A stretch of 64,000 nucleotides of DNA from Smithella sp. (GTDB lineage Bacteria > Desulfobacterota > Syntrophia > Syntrophales > Smithellaceae), in NCBI GenBank assembly GCA_018056685.1, contig JAGPFC010000004.1, forward strand, positions 96,646 to 160,645, written 5' to 3'. The position numbers and the translations under genes were made by a program. Below are positions 1 to 9,943 of the stretch, piece after piece; the first letter of the stretch is position 1; the number at the start of each line of letters is the position of its first letter. The notes below the pieces were generated by a model, which was not told where the DNA came from, ran no database searches, and worked only from the letters and a program-made list of their open reading frames with translations.

Positions 1-1
1 A

Positions 2-1588
2 GCGACGGGCCTGCTGAACAAAATCAGGAAAATGTATCCGGAATTGGTTCCCGTTGAAGCAGATGTTTCGCCGGATGTCGAGGCAACGACAACCTTAAAA
101 ACAAAAGGTGATCTGTCGGTTGCCCTTGACCTGTCCACGGTCATGCAGGTCTCCCAGGTGATTTCCAGTGAAATCATGCTGGAGCGGCTTCTGCAGAAAA
201 TCATGCACATGTCTGTTACCAGCGCCGGCGCCCAGCGCGGCTATCTGATGCTGGAGTCGGAGGGAAAATTGATTATCGAAGCCAGCGAAGATGTGGACAG
301 CGATGAGACAAGAGTTATGCAATCCACGCCGCTGCAGGAATGCGCCGATATTTGTCAGGCCATTGTCAACTACGTCCATCACACCGGGAAAGACGTCATT
401 CTCGGCAATGCCGCGCAGGAGGGCTCCTTCACGGATGATTCCTATGTCATGAACCGCCAGTGCAAGTCTGTCCTGTGCATTCCCATCATTCACAAGGGGA
501 AAATTTCCGGCATTCTTTATATGGAAAACAACCTCAGCGAGGGTGCCTTTACTCCGGCACGTCTCGACATTCTTCGCTTCATCTCTGCCCAAGCGGCCAT
601 ATCCATCGAAAACGCCAAGCTCTTCGAACTGGCCACGACACTGGAAAACATAGAAGACGGTTATTGGGAAATCGACCTGGCCGGCAACTACACATTTTTC
701 AACAACGCCGTGTGTCAGATCCATGGTTACTCCAAAGAGGAATTAATGGGGATGAACAACCGGCAATATACGGATCCGGAGACCGCCAAAACAGTTTACA
801 AAGCCTTTAACAATGTCTATAAAACGGGGCAACCTCTCAAAGGATTGGATTGGCAGATAATCCGAAAAGACGGAACAAAAAGATACGTTGAGATATCCAT
901 TCTGCTGCAAAAAGACGCATCCGGAAAACCGATCGGCTTCCGGGGCGTTGTCCGTGACATCACCGAACGCAAAAATATGGAAGCGAAACTGCAACAGACC
1001 CTGGACAGTTTAAGCAAGGCTTATGACAGCACGATGCAGGTCATGGTCTCCGCGGTGGAAGTTAGAGATCCCTATACCGCCCTGCATCAGGTCCGGTCCG
1101 CTGACGTCGCCCGCGATATCGCCGTAGAAATGGGACTGCCTCAGGACAAAATTGACGCCATTCGCATGGCCGGCGCCATTCATGATATCGGCAAATTATC
1201 CATACCACCGGAGATTCTCACCAAATCCACCAAGCTGACAGGCGTTGAATTTGCTCTCATTAAGGAGCATTCGCGCAGCGGATATGAGATTTTAAAAAAT
1301 GTGGAATCTCCGTGGCCGCTGGCACAAATTGTCCATCAACACCATGAACGAATCGACGGTTCGGGCTACCCGAGAAGTTTGAAAGGTGAAGAGATTTCTG
1401 TAGAAGCACGTGTTCTGGCTGTGGCGGATGTGGTATCAGCCATGGTTTCTCATCGCTACCACCGTCCTTCTTTGGGCATCGAGGAAGCCCTTGGAGAAAT
1501 CGAAAAAAACAAAGGTACGCTTTATGATATCCAGGTATCCGATGCCTGTTTGAGACTGTTTAGAGAAAAAGGGCACAAACTTGCATAA
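2..1588 (+). CDS. Sensor protein, C-terminal part with GAF, PAS and HD-GYP (c-di-GMP phosphodiesterase-type) domains. The 5' end lies outside the window.
   Basis: The frame is open from nt 2, with no stop before the ATG at 32, so the gene probably starts upstream. GAF-like segment: LERLLQKIMH..GAQRGYLML..SVLCIPIIHKGKISGILYMEN. PAS-like segment: YWEIDLAGNYTFFNNAV..RGVVRDITERK. HD-GYP signature: MAGAIHDIGK, HHERIDGSGYP. Confidence 0.85.
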   Translation, partial: ATGLLNKIRKMYPELVPVEADVSPDVEATTTLKTKGDLSVALDLSTVMQVSQVISSEIMLERLLQKIMHMSVTSAGAQRGYLMLESEGKLIIEASEDVDSDETRVMQSTPLQECADICQAIVNYVHHTGKDVILGNAAQEGSFTDDSYVMNRQCKSVLCIPIIHKGKISGILYMENNLSEGAFTPARLDILRFISAQAAISIENAKLFELATTLENIEDGYWEIDLAGNYTFFNNAVCQIHGYSKEELMGMNNRQYTDPETAKTVYKAFNNVYKTGQPLKGLDWQIIRKDGTKRYVEISILLQKDASGKPIGFRGVVRDITERKNMEAKLQQTLDSLSKAYDSTMQVMVSAVEVRDPYTALHQVRSADVARDIAVEMGLPQDKIDAIRMAGAIHDIGKLSIPPEILTKSTKLTGVEFALIKEHSRSGYEILKNVESPWPLAQIVHQHHERIDGSGYPRSLKGEEISVEARVLAVADVVSAMVSHRYHRPSLGIEEALGEIEKNKGTLYDIQVSDACLRLFREKGHKLA

Positions 1589-1596
1589 AAGGTGAG

Positions 1597-2178
1597 ATGA
1601 AGAAATTATTGAAATACTTTTTTAAAGGTTTCCTGATCCTTACACCAATAGTCCTGACAGTCTACATCGTCGTGGTTGTTTTCCGGCTGACGGACAGCAT
1701 CCTGGGGCGTTACTTTCACGCATGGGGAATAAATGTTCCGGGACTCGGCATCCTGACAACAGTCGCCCTGATAATCTTCGTGGGATTTGCGGGGACCCGA
1801 CTGGGAAGCAACCCTGTTCTGAATTATATCGACAGATTTTTCGGCAAACTGCCGCTGGTAAAAATCATCTATAACACCATCAAAGACATTATGAACGCCT
1901 TGCTGGGCAAAAAAAGCTCATTTGCCAAAGCGGTAATGATCGATCTGCCCGGTGATAATGATGTTAAGATTTTGGGGTTTGTTACAAAAGAAGATCTGGA
2001 AATGTTCGGTCTTAAAGATCACATAGCGGTTTACATTTTACAAAGCATGCAATGGGCGGGATTCACCTTGCTGGTGCCAAAATCAAGGGTGAAAGAACTC
2101 GATGCCCCGCCTGATGAGGTATTGAAATTCATTGTATCTGCCGGAATCAGCGGTGCGAAAAGTCCTGAAGACAAATAA
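1597..2178 (+). CDS. DUF502-family membrane protein
   Basis: 193-aa ORF starting 8 nt after the upstream stop. Two hydrophobic helices (FLILTPIVLTVYIVVVVF, GLGILTTVALIIFVGF) and a PLVKIIYNTIKD segment that I recognise as DUF502-like. Confidence 0.65.
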   Translation: MKKLLKYFFKGFLILTPIVLTVYIVVVVFRLTDSILGRYFHAWGINVPGLGILTTVALIIFVGFAGTRLGSNPVLNYIDRFFGKLPLVKIIYNTIKDIMNALLGKKSSFAKAVMIDLPGDNDVKILGFVTKEDLEMFGLKDHIAVYILQSMQWAGFTLLVPKSRVKELDAPPDEVLKFIVSAGISGAKSPEDK

Positions 2179-2199
2179 AGGGTAATTTAATTCAGGAAT

Positions 2200-2961
2200 T
2201 TAAATTATCCTATACCGCTCATAAAACGGCGTGTTCTTTAGTTTCATATTATACGCCATGACCATCAGCGCTTCCAGATTTCTCGCGTCGGCACTGTTAT
2301 AATCAAGGAGCAGCTTCAGTTTTCTTTCATCGCCGGTTCTCCGGTATTCATCCCATAGAATAACCGCATAAAATCCGTCAATCTCGGCAAGATCACCACG
2401 GTCTATCCCCATCTGTCTTTCACAGCCTTTGAGGCCTCCGGAAAACCCCAGACTTTTAAGAACAAACCGCAGATCAATATGAACCTGTTTCAAGCGTATC
2501 CTGAAATACTGCTGAATAAAGGGGACATCAAAGCATCTTCCGTTATAGGTGACGATGACCTTGTATTTTTCAATATCGTTGGCAAAGTCATCAAGGTTCT
2601 GTCCGTTGACATAGGTATGAATCGTATGACCGTCATACAGGGCGATGGTTGTGATTTCGTTGCACCAGTTTTCCAGACCGGTCGTTTCAATATCGATATA
2701 GGCCACCGAATCACGGAATTCAGGGAATAACCGCCAGTACTGATTGACGGGAAGGTATTGACCGAAGAACAACGGATTTTTATTGACCAGTTGCTCTTTT
2801 GATTCCTGAAGCAGCAACGATGTTGACTCCATTTTTCTTTTGGACAGGGGGATAGGGATTTCGCCATGAAACATGTCCCAGTTATGGATACCCGCATTCC
2901 AGAGTTTTTCCTCCGTTCTGATGCCTATGCCTGGAATATGACAGAAAGTGTTCGTGAGCAT
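2200..2961 (-). CDS. RNase H-like / DEDD 3'-5' exonuclease-fold protein (YprB-like) with an N-terminal helix-hairpin-helix
   Basis: HhH-like IPGIGIRTEEKLWNAGI. ExoI-type motif AYIDIETTGL, followed by IVTYNGRCFDVPF and YNSADARNLE. Confidence 0.65.
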   Translation of the reverse strand: MLTNTFCHIPGIGIRTEEKLWNAGIHNWDMFHGEIPIPLSKRKMESTSLLLQESKEQLVNKNPLFFGQYLPVNQYWRLFPEFRDSVAYIDIETTGLENWCNEITTIALYDGHTIHTYVNGQNLDDFANDIEKYKVIVTYNGRCFDVPFIQQYFRIRLKQVHIDLRFVLKSLGFSGGLKGCERQMGIDRGDLAEIDGFYAVILWDEYRRTGDERKLKLLLDYNSADARNLEALMVMAYNMKLKNTPFYERYRII

Positions 2962-3112
2962 ATTTTGTGATCCTTTATTTCTTATGCCTCTGTGTCATTT
3001 ACCTCTTTATTTTATGCCAATGTTGCCACGGATCTCACGGCAGGAGGTTTTAAAATTTTCTTTGATTAAGTGATTTGCAAAAAAGGTTGCCTCGCAAAAG
3101 GAAATCCCTTTT

Positions 3113-3766
3113 TTAAGGGGTATTGACCGGTTGGGCTTCCATCAGGGTCATCAGCAGTGAATAATCCATGGTTTCGCTGGTGCGCAGCTCGATGAGCTGA
3201 TAAATATCCTCTTCTGCTTTATCGAACATAATATGTCGTTTCAGTGTGCCTGAAGACGTATATCTCTTAATTTCAACTTTCAGTGCTTTGGTTTGGATGA
3301 CGTCAATCCGGTCGCCGTTTGCTTTCAGGTAGCGACAGACTCTTTCGCCGGAAGATAAATAACCCCTCTCCTGCAATTTTGCTTGCGGTTCCAGAAAAAT
3401 AAGTCTGATATCCTCCAGCATATTCTCGGCAAAACTTTCAGAATCGAAAGGAGGCAGAGCGCGGGTGACTCTGAGCTCCTCCGGCGTTGATGCCGCTTCG
3501 AATAAAACCATTCCTTCCGCCGTCAGAACGGCGCAGGAAATTGATCGCGATACGGGATCAATCAGGGTGACGCCAATAATCACGTTTCTGGTCTTACCAG
3601 CCATTCTTGTTTCGATCGTTTGTACCAGACGATAAGGTTTTTTTAAGAAGGGGAACGGACAGGTAAACGATTGTTCCCGAAGCGGCACAGCAGAGGACTG
3701 AATGACCGGCAAGGCGCCGCAGGAAAAAAGAAAAAAGACGGGCAATAAAGGCAACAATCTTTTCAT
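3113..3766 (-). CDS. Lipoprotein of unknown function, last gene of the LolA-like/FabG/dehydratase operon
   Basis: Signal peptide plus lipobox (FLFSC). 4-nt overlap with the upstream LolA-like gene. No catalytic motif recognised. Any similarity to the lipoproteins that accompany LolA-like genes in aryl-polyene-type clusters is contextual only. Confidence 0.6.
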   Translation of the reverse strand: MKRLLPLLPVFFLFSCGALPVIQSSAVPLREQSFTCPFPFLKKPYRLVQTIETRMAGKTRNVIIGVTLIDPVSRSISCAVLTAEGMVLFEAASTPEELRVTRALPPFDSESFAENMLEDIRLIFLEPQAKLQERGYLSSGERVCRYLKANGDRIDVIQTKALKVEIKRYTSSGTLKRHIMFDKAEEDIYQLIELRTSETMDYSLLMTLMEAQPVNTP

Positions 3767-4401
3767 TTTACTTCCCGGAACACGGCGGCATCAATTGTTT
3801 CATTGATTTTGACGTTGTTGAAAGTGATCTGTGTGAAGTTATCAGCGCCTTCAAAAATTTTTACCGATTTGACGATTCCCGCTTTCGGGGCCAGCGTAAT
3901 TTCAATTCTTTCAATCATGCCCTTCATTTTTTCTTCAACAGGAGTCAGTGTGACCAGAGTATTTTCTTTTTTCTGGATGGTTGCCTTAAAGGATGGATTC
4001 CGGTCGAATTTGCCGCTCATCCAACCGGCGACTTCGTTTAAGACAATCTTCATTGCCTGCGCGCCGCCGGTTTTATCTTCCACCATTTTGCCTTCTGAAT
4101 ACATATAGCGCCTGGTAGTATTCCTATAGGCAATGACAACGCTTTTCAAGGGCTTGAAATATTCCCAGCGCAGCGAATCCGGCGTCACGAAATAAAAACA
4201 ACCTTCCGAAACCAGCGGTTTGGCGAGGATTTTCATGAATTTCTTCTGGATGAAATCGGCCTTGAGGGTTTTAATTTGGGCGGATTCCCGGCTCAGTTTT
4301 TCAAAATCACTGTCGTCAACGCAAAATCCATCCGGGATCAACAGGATGACGCCAAGCAGACAAACCAGCAAATGCCAAAAGCGATAACGTTTGATCAACA
4401 T
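3763..4401 (-). CDS. LolA-like outer-membrane lipoprotein carrier family protein
   Basis: N-terminal hydrophobic signal. LolA-type segments IKTLKADFIQKK and PDSLRWEY. The ATG at 4401 overlaps the fabG-like stop by 7 nt, suggesting translational coupling. Confidence 0.65.
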   Translation of the reverse strand: MLIKRYRFWHLLVCLLGVILLIPDGFCVDDSDFEKLSRESAQIKTLKADFIQKKFMKILAKPLVSEGCFYFVTPDSLRWEYFKPLKSVVIAYRNTTRRYMYSEGKMVEDKTGGAQAMKIVLNEVAGWMSGKFDRNPSFKATIQKKENTLVTLTPVEEKMKGMIERIEITLAPKAGIVKSVKIFEGADNFTQITFNNVKINETIDAAVFREVK

Positions 4402-5123
4402 ATGCCACCATTAATACCGATGACCTGGCCGGTAATATAAGAGGCGTCCCCGGAGCACAGAAAGCGGATCACACCGGCGACGTCTTGAGGTTTGCCGAGG
4501 CGTGCCATCGGAATCATTTTTTTGATTTCGGCCACCGGCGCTTCCTTGATCATATCGGTTTCTATTAAGCCCGGGGCGACAACATTGACTCTGACGCCGA
4601 AACGGGCGACTTCCGTGGCCAGCGCGCGGGAAGCGGCAATGATTCCCGCCTTGGCCGCCGCGTAATTGGCCTGCCCGCGATTGGGCATCAGCGCCGAAAG
4701 CGAGGAAACGGAAACAATGGAACCGCATTTTTTGCGGACCATTTCCCGTAACACCGGTTTCGTTATGTTGTAAAATCCCTTCAGACTGGTGTTAATGACG
4801 TTGTCCCATTCTTCTTCACCCAGCAGCATAAAAAGACCGTCAGCCGTGATGCCGGCGTTGTTCACCAGCACCTGGATATTTTTATGGCGATCTGTGATTG
4901 CTTTTACAGCGTCTATGGTTTGAGCATGATCGGCAACGTCAAATTGACAGATTTCTCCATCGCCGCCAGCGGATCGTACCAGATTTAATGTCTCTTCGGC
5001 CGCTGTTTCATTGGATTTAAAATTGACGATCACAAAATATCCGGCTTTGGCCAGTTCCACGGCCGTTGCGCGGCCGATGCCGCGGCTGGCGCCGGTAATG
5101 ATGGCCGTTTTATTTTCATTCAT
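4395..5123 (-). CDS. fabG: 3-oxoacyl-ACP reductase (SDR, FabG-like)
   Basis: TGASRGIG cofactor motif, NNAG, and catalytic Y-x3-K (NYAAAKAG). I moved the start to the ATG at 5123 because AAGGAGA lies 7 nt upstream. The ORF-track start at 5153 would overlap the upstream gene. Confidence 0.85.
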   Translation of the reverse strand: MNENKTAIITGASRGIGRATAVELAKAGYFVIVNFKSNETAAEETLNLVRSAGGDGEICQFDVADHAQTIDAVKAITDRHKNIQVLVNNAGITADGLFMLLGEEEWDNVINTSLKGFYNITKPVLREMVRKKCGSIVSVSSLSALMPNRGQANYAAAKAGIIAASRALATEVARFGVRVNVVAPGLIETDMIKEAPVAEIKKMIPMARLGKPQDVAGVIRFLCSGDASYITGQVIGINGGIC

Positions 5124-5142
5124 ATTCCAGTCTCCTTCATAA

Positions 5143-5571
5143 TTACTGTTCATCGTCGTTCAGGCGCATGGCCTGAAGCGTGGCAGTAGCCAGTATGTCA
5201 TCTCCGCTTTTCACCGTTCCTTCCACCACGCCATAATTGTCAAAAGAGTATTTGCTTTCCAGCAAAATGATTAAACGGGTGCCCACCGGTATCTTTTCAA
5301 CATTGAATTCAGCGTTTTTGATGCCGACCAACCATCCCTTCACCCCGGATTCGCCCCGCTGTTTTCTCTTATAACCTTCCACAATGGCTGCGGTTTGCGC
5401 AATCGCTTCGATCAAGACCAGCGCACTGGCCGCTTCGCCGTCATAGAGGGGCCATTCCGGATTCACCGTTGCTGAACTGACAGCGGACATGTCCTGAATG
5501 TCAAGAATACCCGAAATGATTTTAATTTTTTCCCGATGCGGGATTAAACTGTTAATATCGATATTCAGCAT
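5143..5571 (-). CDS. FabZ/FabA-like hot-dog-fold 3-hydroxyacyl-ACP dehydratase
   Basis: 142 aa. LIPHREKIKII (FabZ-type N-terminal region) and the central-helix motif LIEAIAQTAAI. First gene of a four-gene minus-strand operon. Confidence 0.7.
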   Translation of the reverse strand: MLNIDINSLIPHREKIKIISGILDIQDMSAVSSATVNPEWPLYDGEAASALVLIEAIAQTAAIVEGYKRKQRGESGVKGWLVGIKNAEFNVEKIPVGTRLIILLESKYSFDNYGVVEGTVKSGDDILATATLQAMRLNDDEQ

Positions 5572-5719
5572 AAGCCATGTTGATTCTTTGTCCGTAAACT
5601 AATGAAAAAAAGGTTTAGAAGTCAACAAGAAATATGATTTTTGTTGATAATTAAGTGCATTTTTTCTTTTTTTACGGTAAATAATCACGGGTATGAACCT
5701 CAAAGCAAGCTTTGGAAAC

Positions 5720-5818
5720 TATTCCGCGGAAAGCTGCGGGGTATCATACCCTCCGCTGTGCGGGATTGTTTGACTTACAAATTTCAACGCACTTCGTTTT
5801 TGAAATTTGAGTCTCACG
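5720..5818 (-). repeat. Dispersed two-hairpin intergenic repeat, copy A (subfamily with copy C)
   Basis: Plus strand reads ..GGGTATCATACCCTCCGCTGTGCGGGATTGTTTGACTTACAAATTTCAACGCACTTCGTTTTTGAAATTTGAGTCTCAC. It is nearly identical to 25263-25381 and clearly related to the copies at 17372, 27811 and 59167. 10-bp stem CAAATTTCAA/TTGAAATTTG. Confidence 0.8.
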
Positions 5819-5839
5819 ATAAAAAAATGATTGAGTTGC

Positions 5840-7222
5840 ATGACCATGACCATTGAGGAAAAAGATCCCTTTATCCGTGCCTGTAAAAAAATTCTCACAC
5901 CTTCTCAAACGGTATGTGAAAAGGATTTTACCTTGTCCGGATACACTTACGGAGATGTGTTTGCCCTAGCTGCCGGTCTGAAAAAAACATTGTCACATTG
6001 GAGCGGAGAAAAAAATATCTGCCTTTGCACAACGAACAAAGCCGTTGTCGCTGCCTGCATTCTGGCCTCGCTCACTGGCGCCTGTAAATTAATCCTGCCA
6101 TATTCTTTTTCCGCTCACGCCATGAAAGAAATGCGTGACGCGACCGGTTTTAATTTCGCAATTGCCGATCAACCGGAAGAAATGCCGGACGGCGTGGAAG
6201 TGATTACACCGGTGCCTTCTGCCACAAAGGATATCCGTCCGGAAACGATCATCGATCCGGACAATCATTTTTTGCGTCTTTTTACCGGCGGCTCAACGGG
6301 CAAGCCGAAAGTGTGGTCCAAATCACCCCGTAATTTACTAACCGAGGCTTTTTACATCAGGGAGACGTTTTCCCTGTCGGATAAAGATATTTTTGTGGCC
6401 ACAGTTCCGCCTTATCATATCTACGGTCTGTTATTTTCCATCCTGGTTCCGTTTGTGTCCCACGCACGGATTCTGCCGGATATTTACACCTTTCCGCAGG
6501 AAATCATTTCCACCATCAACAAAAACAAAGCGTCTGTTTTAGTCAGTGTACCCATCCATTACCGTGTCCTGAAAGTGGAGGGCCTGTCTGTTCCCTCGCT
6601 GCGATACGCCTTTTCTTCAGCCGGCGTTCTTGACCGGTCGGATGGATTGCATTTTCTGGACAAAACCGGCATAGGGATAACGGAGATATACGGTTCCACG
6701 GAAACCGGTGGCATTGCTTCTCGTTGTGTCAGTGATAACACCGACAGATGGCGGGCATTTGACATGGTGTCCTGGAGACTGAAAGAAAACAGGCTCTGTG
6801 TCCAGTCGGATTTCACGTCGCCGGAAATGGAAAGAGATTCTGAAGGTTTTTGCCTGACCGGCGATGAAGCCCGCGAAGAAGAGAATAACAGCTTTATATT
6901 GATGGGCAGGGCGGATGGTGTGGTCAAGGTTGCCGGGAAAAGAGTCGATCTGCTGGATGTTCAGAACAAAATAAAAACCTTACCAACGGTGAATGATGCT
7001 TTTGTTCTTGCGCTTTCTTCGGATACGGGCAGGGAAACCGACATCGCCGCAGTCGTGGCCTGTGATCTGACCGAAACGCACTTGAAAAAACTGATGATGG
7101 ACATCATGGAACCTTATGCTGTTCCCCGTCGCATCAAAATAGTTCCTTCCATAACCCGCACCGCAACCGGCAAAATAGATCGACGTCGAATAGAAAAATT
7201 CTTCAGTAACGTGAAGAAATAG
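5840..7222 (+). CDS. AMP-dependent synthetase/ligase (acyl-CoA or acyl-ACP synthetase family)
   Basis: AMP-binding motifs FTGGSTGKPK and EIYGSTETGG, and a C-terminal ATGKIDRR. ATG at 5840 chosen. TTG at 5831 or ATG at 5846 are possible alternatives. Confidence 0.85.
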   Translation: MTMTIEEKDPFIRACKKILTPSQTVCEKDFTLSGYTYGDVFALAAGLKKTLSHWSGEKNICLCTTNKAVVAACILASLTGACKLILPYSFSAHAMKEMRDATGFNFAIADQPEEMPDGVEVITPVPSATKDIRPETIIDPDNHFLRLFTGGSTGKPKVWSKSPRNLLTEAFYIRETFSLSDKDIFVATVPPYHIYGLLFSILVPFVSHARILPDIYTFPQEIISTINKNKASVLVSVPIHYRVLKVEGLSVPSLRYAFSSAGVLDRSDGLHFLDKTGIGITEIYGSTETGGIASRCVSDNTDRWRAFDMVSWRLKENRLCVQSDFTSPEMERDSEGFCLTGDEAREEENNSFILMGRADGVVKVAGKRVDLLDVQNKIKTLPTVNDAFVLALSSDTGRETDIAAVVACDLTETHLKKLMMDIMEPYAVPRRIKIVPSITRTATGKIDRRRIEKFFSNVKK

Positions 7223-7443
7223 CATTCAGAAGAGTCCGAAAAGCATCCTGCCTGGCGCGCTCCCGCCGGAAGGAAATGATTATAAGTGAATATAACCGTT
7301 ACAGTTTATAGCTTTATTGCACATTGTTATTTCAAGGCAATTATGGTATTTAATACTATCGGAGTAAAAATATTTATTGTCGCAAGTTCACAGTGATGTG
7401 GACAAGGGAAAGTTTTTCATCAGTTACCGGGTGAATTATAATC

Positions 7444-9084
7444 ATGCAATTGCATCCAGTCACTCTTAAATTTACCGGTGAATCTTCACATCTCGAAGAA
7501 CCATTCCTGGAAGCGTATTACAAGGTATCCATTTCGCAGATCCGGACATTTTTGATTCTCGGGGCGGTCCTTTATCTGTCTTTCGGCGTTCTGGATGCGA
7601 TGCTGATGCCGGAACAGAAGGTTTCGATATGGATGATTCGGTTTTTTGTTGTCGGTCCTGCGCTGATCGGTGTTTTGCTGATCTCTTTTTCCAGTCAATT
7701 TAAAAAATACATGCAGCCGGTCCTGGCCCTTTCCTACATGATTGCCGGATTGGGTATTGTTGCGATGATTGTTATTGCTCCGCCTCCGGTCAGTTACACC
7801 TATTACGCCGGCCTGATTCTTGTTTTCATGTGGGGATACACCCTTATCAGGCTCTTTTTTATCTGGGCGAGTCTGGCGGGATGGATGCAGGTTTTTTTAT
7901 ATGAAATTGCCGCTCTCTGGATCCATACGCCATCCACCATTTTTATCAGCAATAATTTTTTCTTCATCAGCGCGAATATTGTCGGCATGATGGCCTGTTA
8001 CGCCATTGAATTTTATGCGCGCCGCGACTTCTTCATGCAGCAGCAGCTGGAAATTGAGAAGGAACATGTTAATACGATCAATAAAGAACTAGAAGAACGG
8101 GTTAGAGAACGCACCATGGATTACCAGATTTTGAATAAGGCTTTGCAGCAGGAAGTTGCCGCTCACAAACTGGCGGAGCAGTCTTTGCGGGCCAGCGAAG
8201 AAAGATATCGGGCCCTTGTGGAAAATGCCAGCGATATGGTTTTCCGGACGAATCACAATGGATATTTTACCTTTGCCAATGTTTCCACTATTTTGATGAC
8301 CGGTTACGAAGAAGATGAAATTATCGGTAAACGTTATATTGATATTATTCATCCTTCCATGCGTGAGCAGGCCGTAAAATTTTTTGATAACCAGTTCGTC
8401 AAAAAAATAAAAAATACGTATTCAGAATATCCTATTATAAAAAAAGACGGCAGCGAAATCTGGCTTGGACAGAATACGCAGTTAATCATGGAAGGGGGCA
8501 AGATAACGGGTTTTCAAGCGGTGTCCCGTGATATTACCGAACGGAAAAGGCTGGAAAAAGATTTAAAAGAAAGTGAAGAAAGATACCGGCAGTTAAGTAT
8601 CATGGATGATCTGACCCAGCTTTATAACGCGAGGCATTTTCACAGTCAGATTAAAATGGAAATAAACAGGTTGGAACGCTATGATTATCCCCTGACGCTT
8701 CTTCTTTTGGATATTGACGATTTCAAGGCATTTAATGACACCTATGGCCATCTTGAAGGGGATCAGGTTTTGATGCGCTTGGGCCAGGTGATCAAAAGAT
8801 GTCTCCGGAAAGCCGATTCCGCCTATCGTTATGGCGGCGAAGAATTCACCGTTATACTGCCCATGACCACAGGCCAGGAAGGTATTGTTACAGCCGAAAG
8901 AATCCGGGAAGAATTGAGTAAAGAAGATTTCACGCCGGTGCCGGATCAAATCGTGCATCTTACAGTCAGCATAGGATTGTCTCAGTATAAACAGAAAGAA
9001 AGCATCAAAGATTTTGTCAGCCGCGTTGATCAACTGATGTATCAGAGCAAAAAGAACGGAAAAGATCAAATCAGTGTTGCATAA
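7444..9084 (+). CDS. Membrane-anchored PAS-GGDEF diguanylate cyclase
   Basis: About 190-aa polytopic N-terminus, a coiled coil, and a PAS domain (SEERYRALVENASDMVFR). The GGDEF domain has DDLTQLYNARHF, LLDIDDFKAFNDTYGHLEGD and an intact RYGGEEF. An RxxD (RKAD) lies 5 residues upstream (I-site). Confidence 0.9.
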   Translation: MQLHPVTLKFTGESSHLEEPFLEAYYKVSISQIRTFLILGAVLYLSFGVLDAMLMPEQKVSIWMIRFFVVGPALIGVLLISFSSQFKKYMQPVLALSYMIAGLGIVAMIVIAPPPVSYTYYAGLILVFMWGYTLIRLFFIWASLAGWMQVFLYEIAALWIHTPSTIFISNNFFFISANIVGMMACYAIEFYARRDFFMQQQLEIEKEHVNTINKELEERVRERTMDYQILNKALQQEVAAHKLAEQSLRASEERYRALVENASDMVFRTNHNGYFTFANVSTILMTGYEEDEIIGKRYIDIIHPSMREQAVKFFDNQFVKKIKNTYSEYPIIKKDGSEIWLGQNTQLIMEGGKITGFQAVSRDITERKRLEKDLKESEERYRQLSIMDDLTQLYNARHFHSQIKMEINRLERYDYPLTLLLLDIDDFKAFNDTYGHLEGDQVLMRLGQVIKRCLRKADSAYRYGGEEFTVILPMTTGQEGIVTAERIREELSKEDFTPVPDQIVHLTVSIGLSQYKQKESIKDFVSRVDQLMYQSKKNGKDQISVA

Positions 9085-9228
9085 TATTTAAAAACGCGGG
9101 AAATCGCACATCATGACCCGCGATAAATTATTCAACAGTTCATGCAACCGGTAAGCCGGATCAAAATTCAGGATGCCGATCCAAGCAGCGTGATTTCATA
9201 CATTAGCTTGTTTCAAGAAAATAAAATC

Positions 9229-9792
9229 TTATCTTTTATATCTGCCCATCAATTGCGCTTCCGCCAGGACGTGTCCCTTCATGGCTTTCAACAGATCATC
9301 TTTGGTCAAACCCGGCTTCATATTCAGCATGGTATCCAAAGCGTACAATTTGAAATAGTAACGGTGTGTTCCTCCGGGAGGGCAGGGACCGTCATAGCCG
9401 AAACGCTTGGAAGTATTTTTGCCGTTTTTCCCCAACCCGGCAATTTCTTCATTGCGGGAAACATTTTCCGGCAGGGCGTTGACGGAAGCCGGTATGTCAA
9501 ACAATACCCAGTGCACCCACAGTCCCACGGGCGCGTCCGGATCATCACAGATGAGCGCAAAACTCTTCGTTTTTTCTGGAGCACCGTTCCAGGAAAGAGG
9601 CGGTGAAATGTTTCGGCCGTCACAGGTGTATTGGGCAGGAATCATTTCCTCGTGTTGAAAAGATGAGCTTTTTATTTCCATGGTTTTTCCTCCTTTTGGT
9701 GTCATGTTGATATGATCTTTTGCCTGGAGCACCCCTGAGCCACCGGCAATTAAGCAAATGCTCAGAAAGAAACAAAAAAGATGTTTTTTCAT
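9229..9792 (-). CDS. Secreted YbhB/YbcL-family PEBP (Raf kinase inhibitor-like) protein
   Basis: Signal peptide MKKHLFCFFLSICLIAGGSGVLQA. PEBP motifs CDDPDAP and GGTHRYYFKLYALD. Confidence 0.85.
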   Translation of the reverse strand: MKKHLFCFFLSICLIAGGSGVLQAKDHINMTPKGGKTMEIKSSSFQHEEMIPAQYTCDGRNISPPLSWNGAPEKTKSFALICDDPDAPVGLWVHWVLFDIPASVNALPENVSRNEEIAGLGKNGKNTSKRFGYDGPCPPGGTHRYYFKLYALDTMLNMKPGLTKDDLLKAMKGHVLAEAQLMGRYKR

Positions 9793-9943
9793 TTCCTTCC
9801 CCCGTTCATTTCCAATCGGAAGTCTATTTGATTGAAACTATTTTAGCCGGTGATGATGAAGCAGTCAATAGTTCTTATGAATCATTTTGACACCGGCATT
9901 TCCTGTGGTATCATGAAATTGTTAAGTTCAGGTATGGCAACAC

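Noticed and set aside
5641-5856. Small ORFs at 5641-5856, 17347-17637 and the N-terminal part of 27771-28226, sharing the peptide ALKxxGRIIP
   Set aside because: The similarity comes from translating the dispersed repeat element. The orientation and frame are inconsistent with neighbouring genes, and no SD is present.
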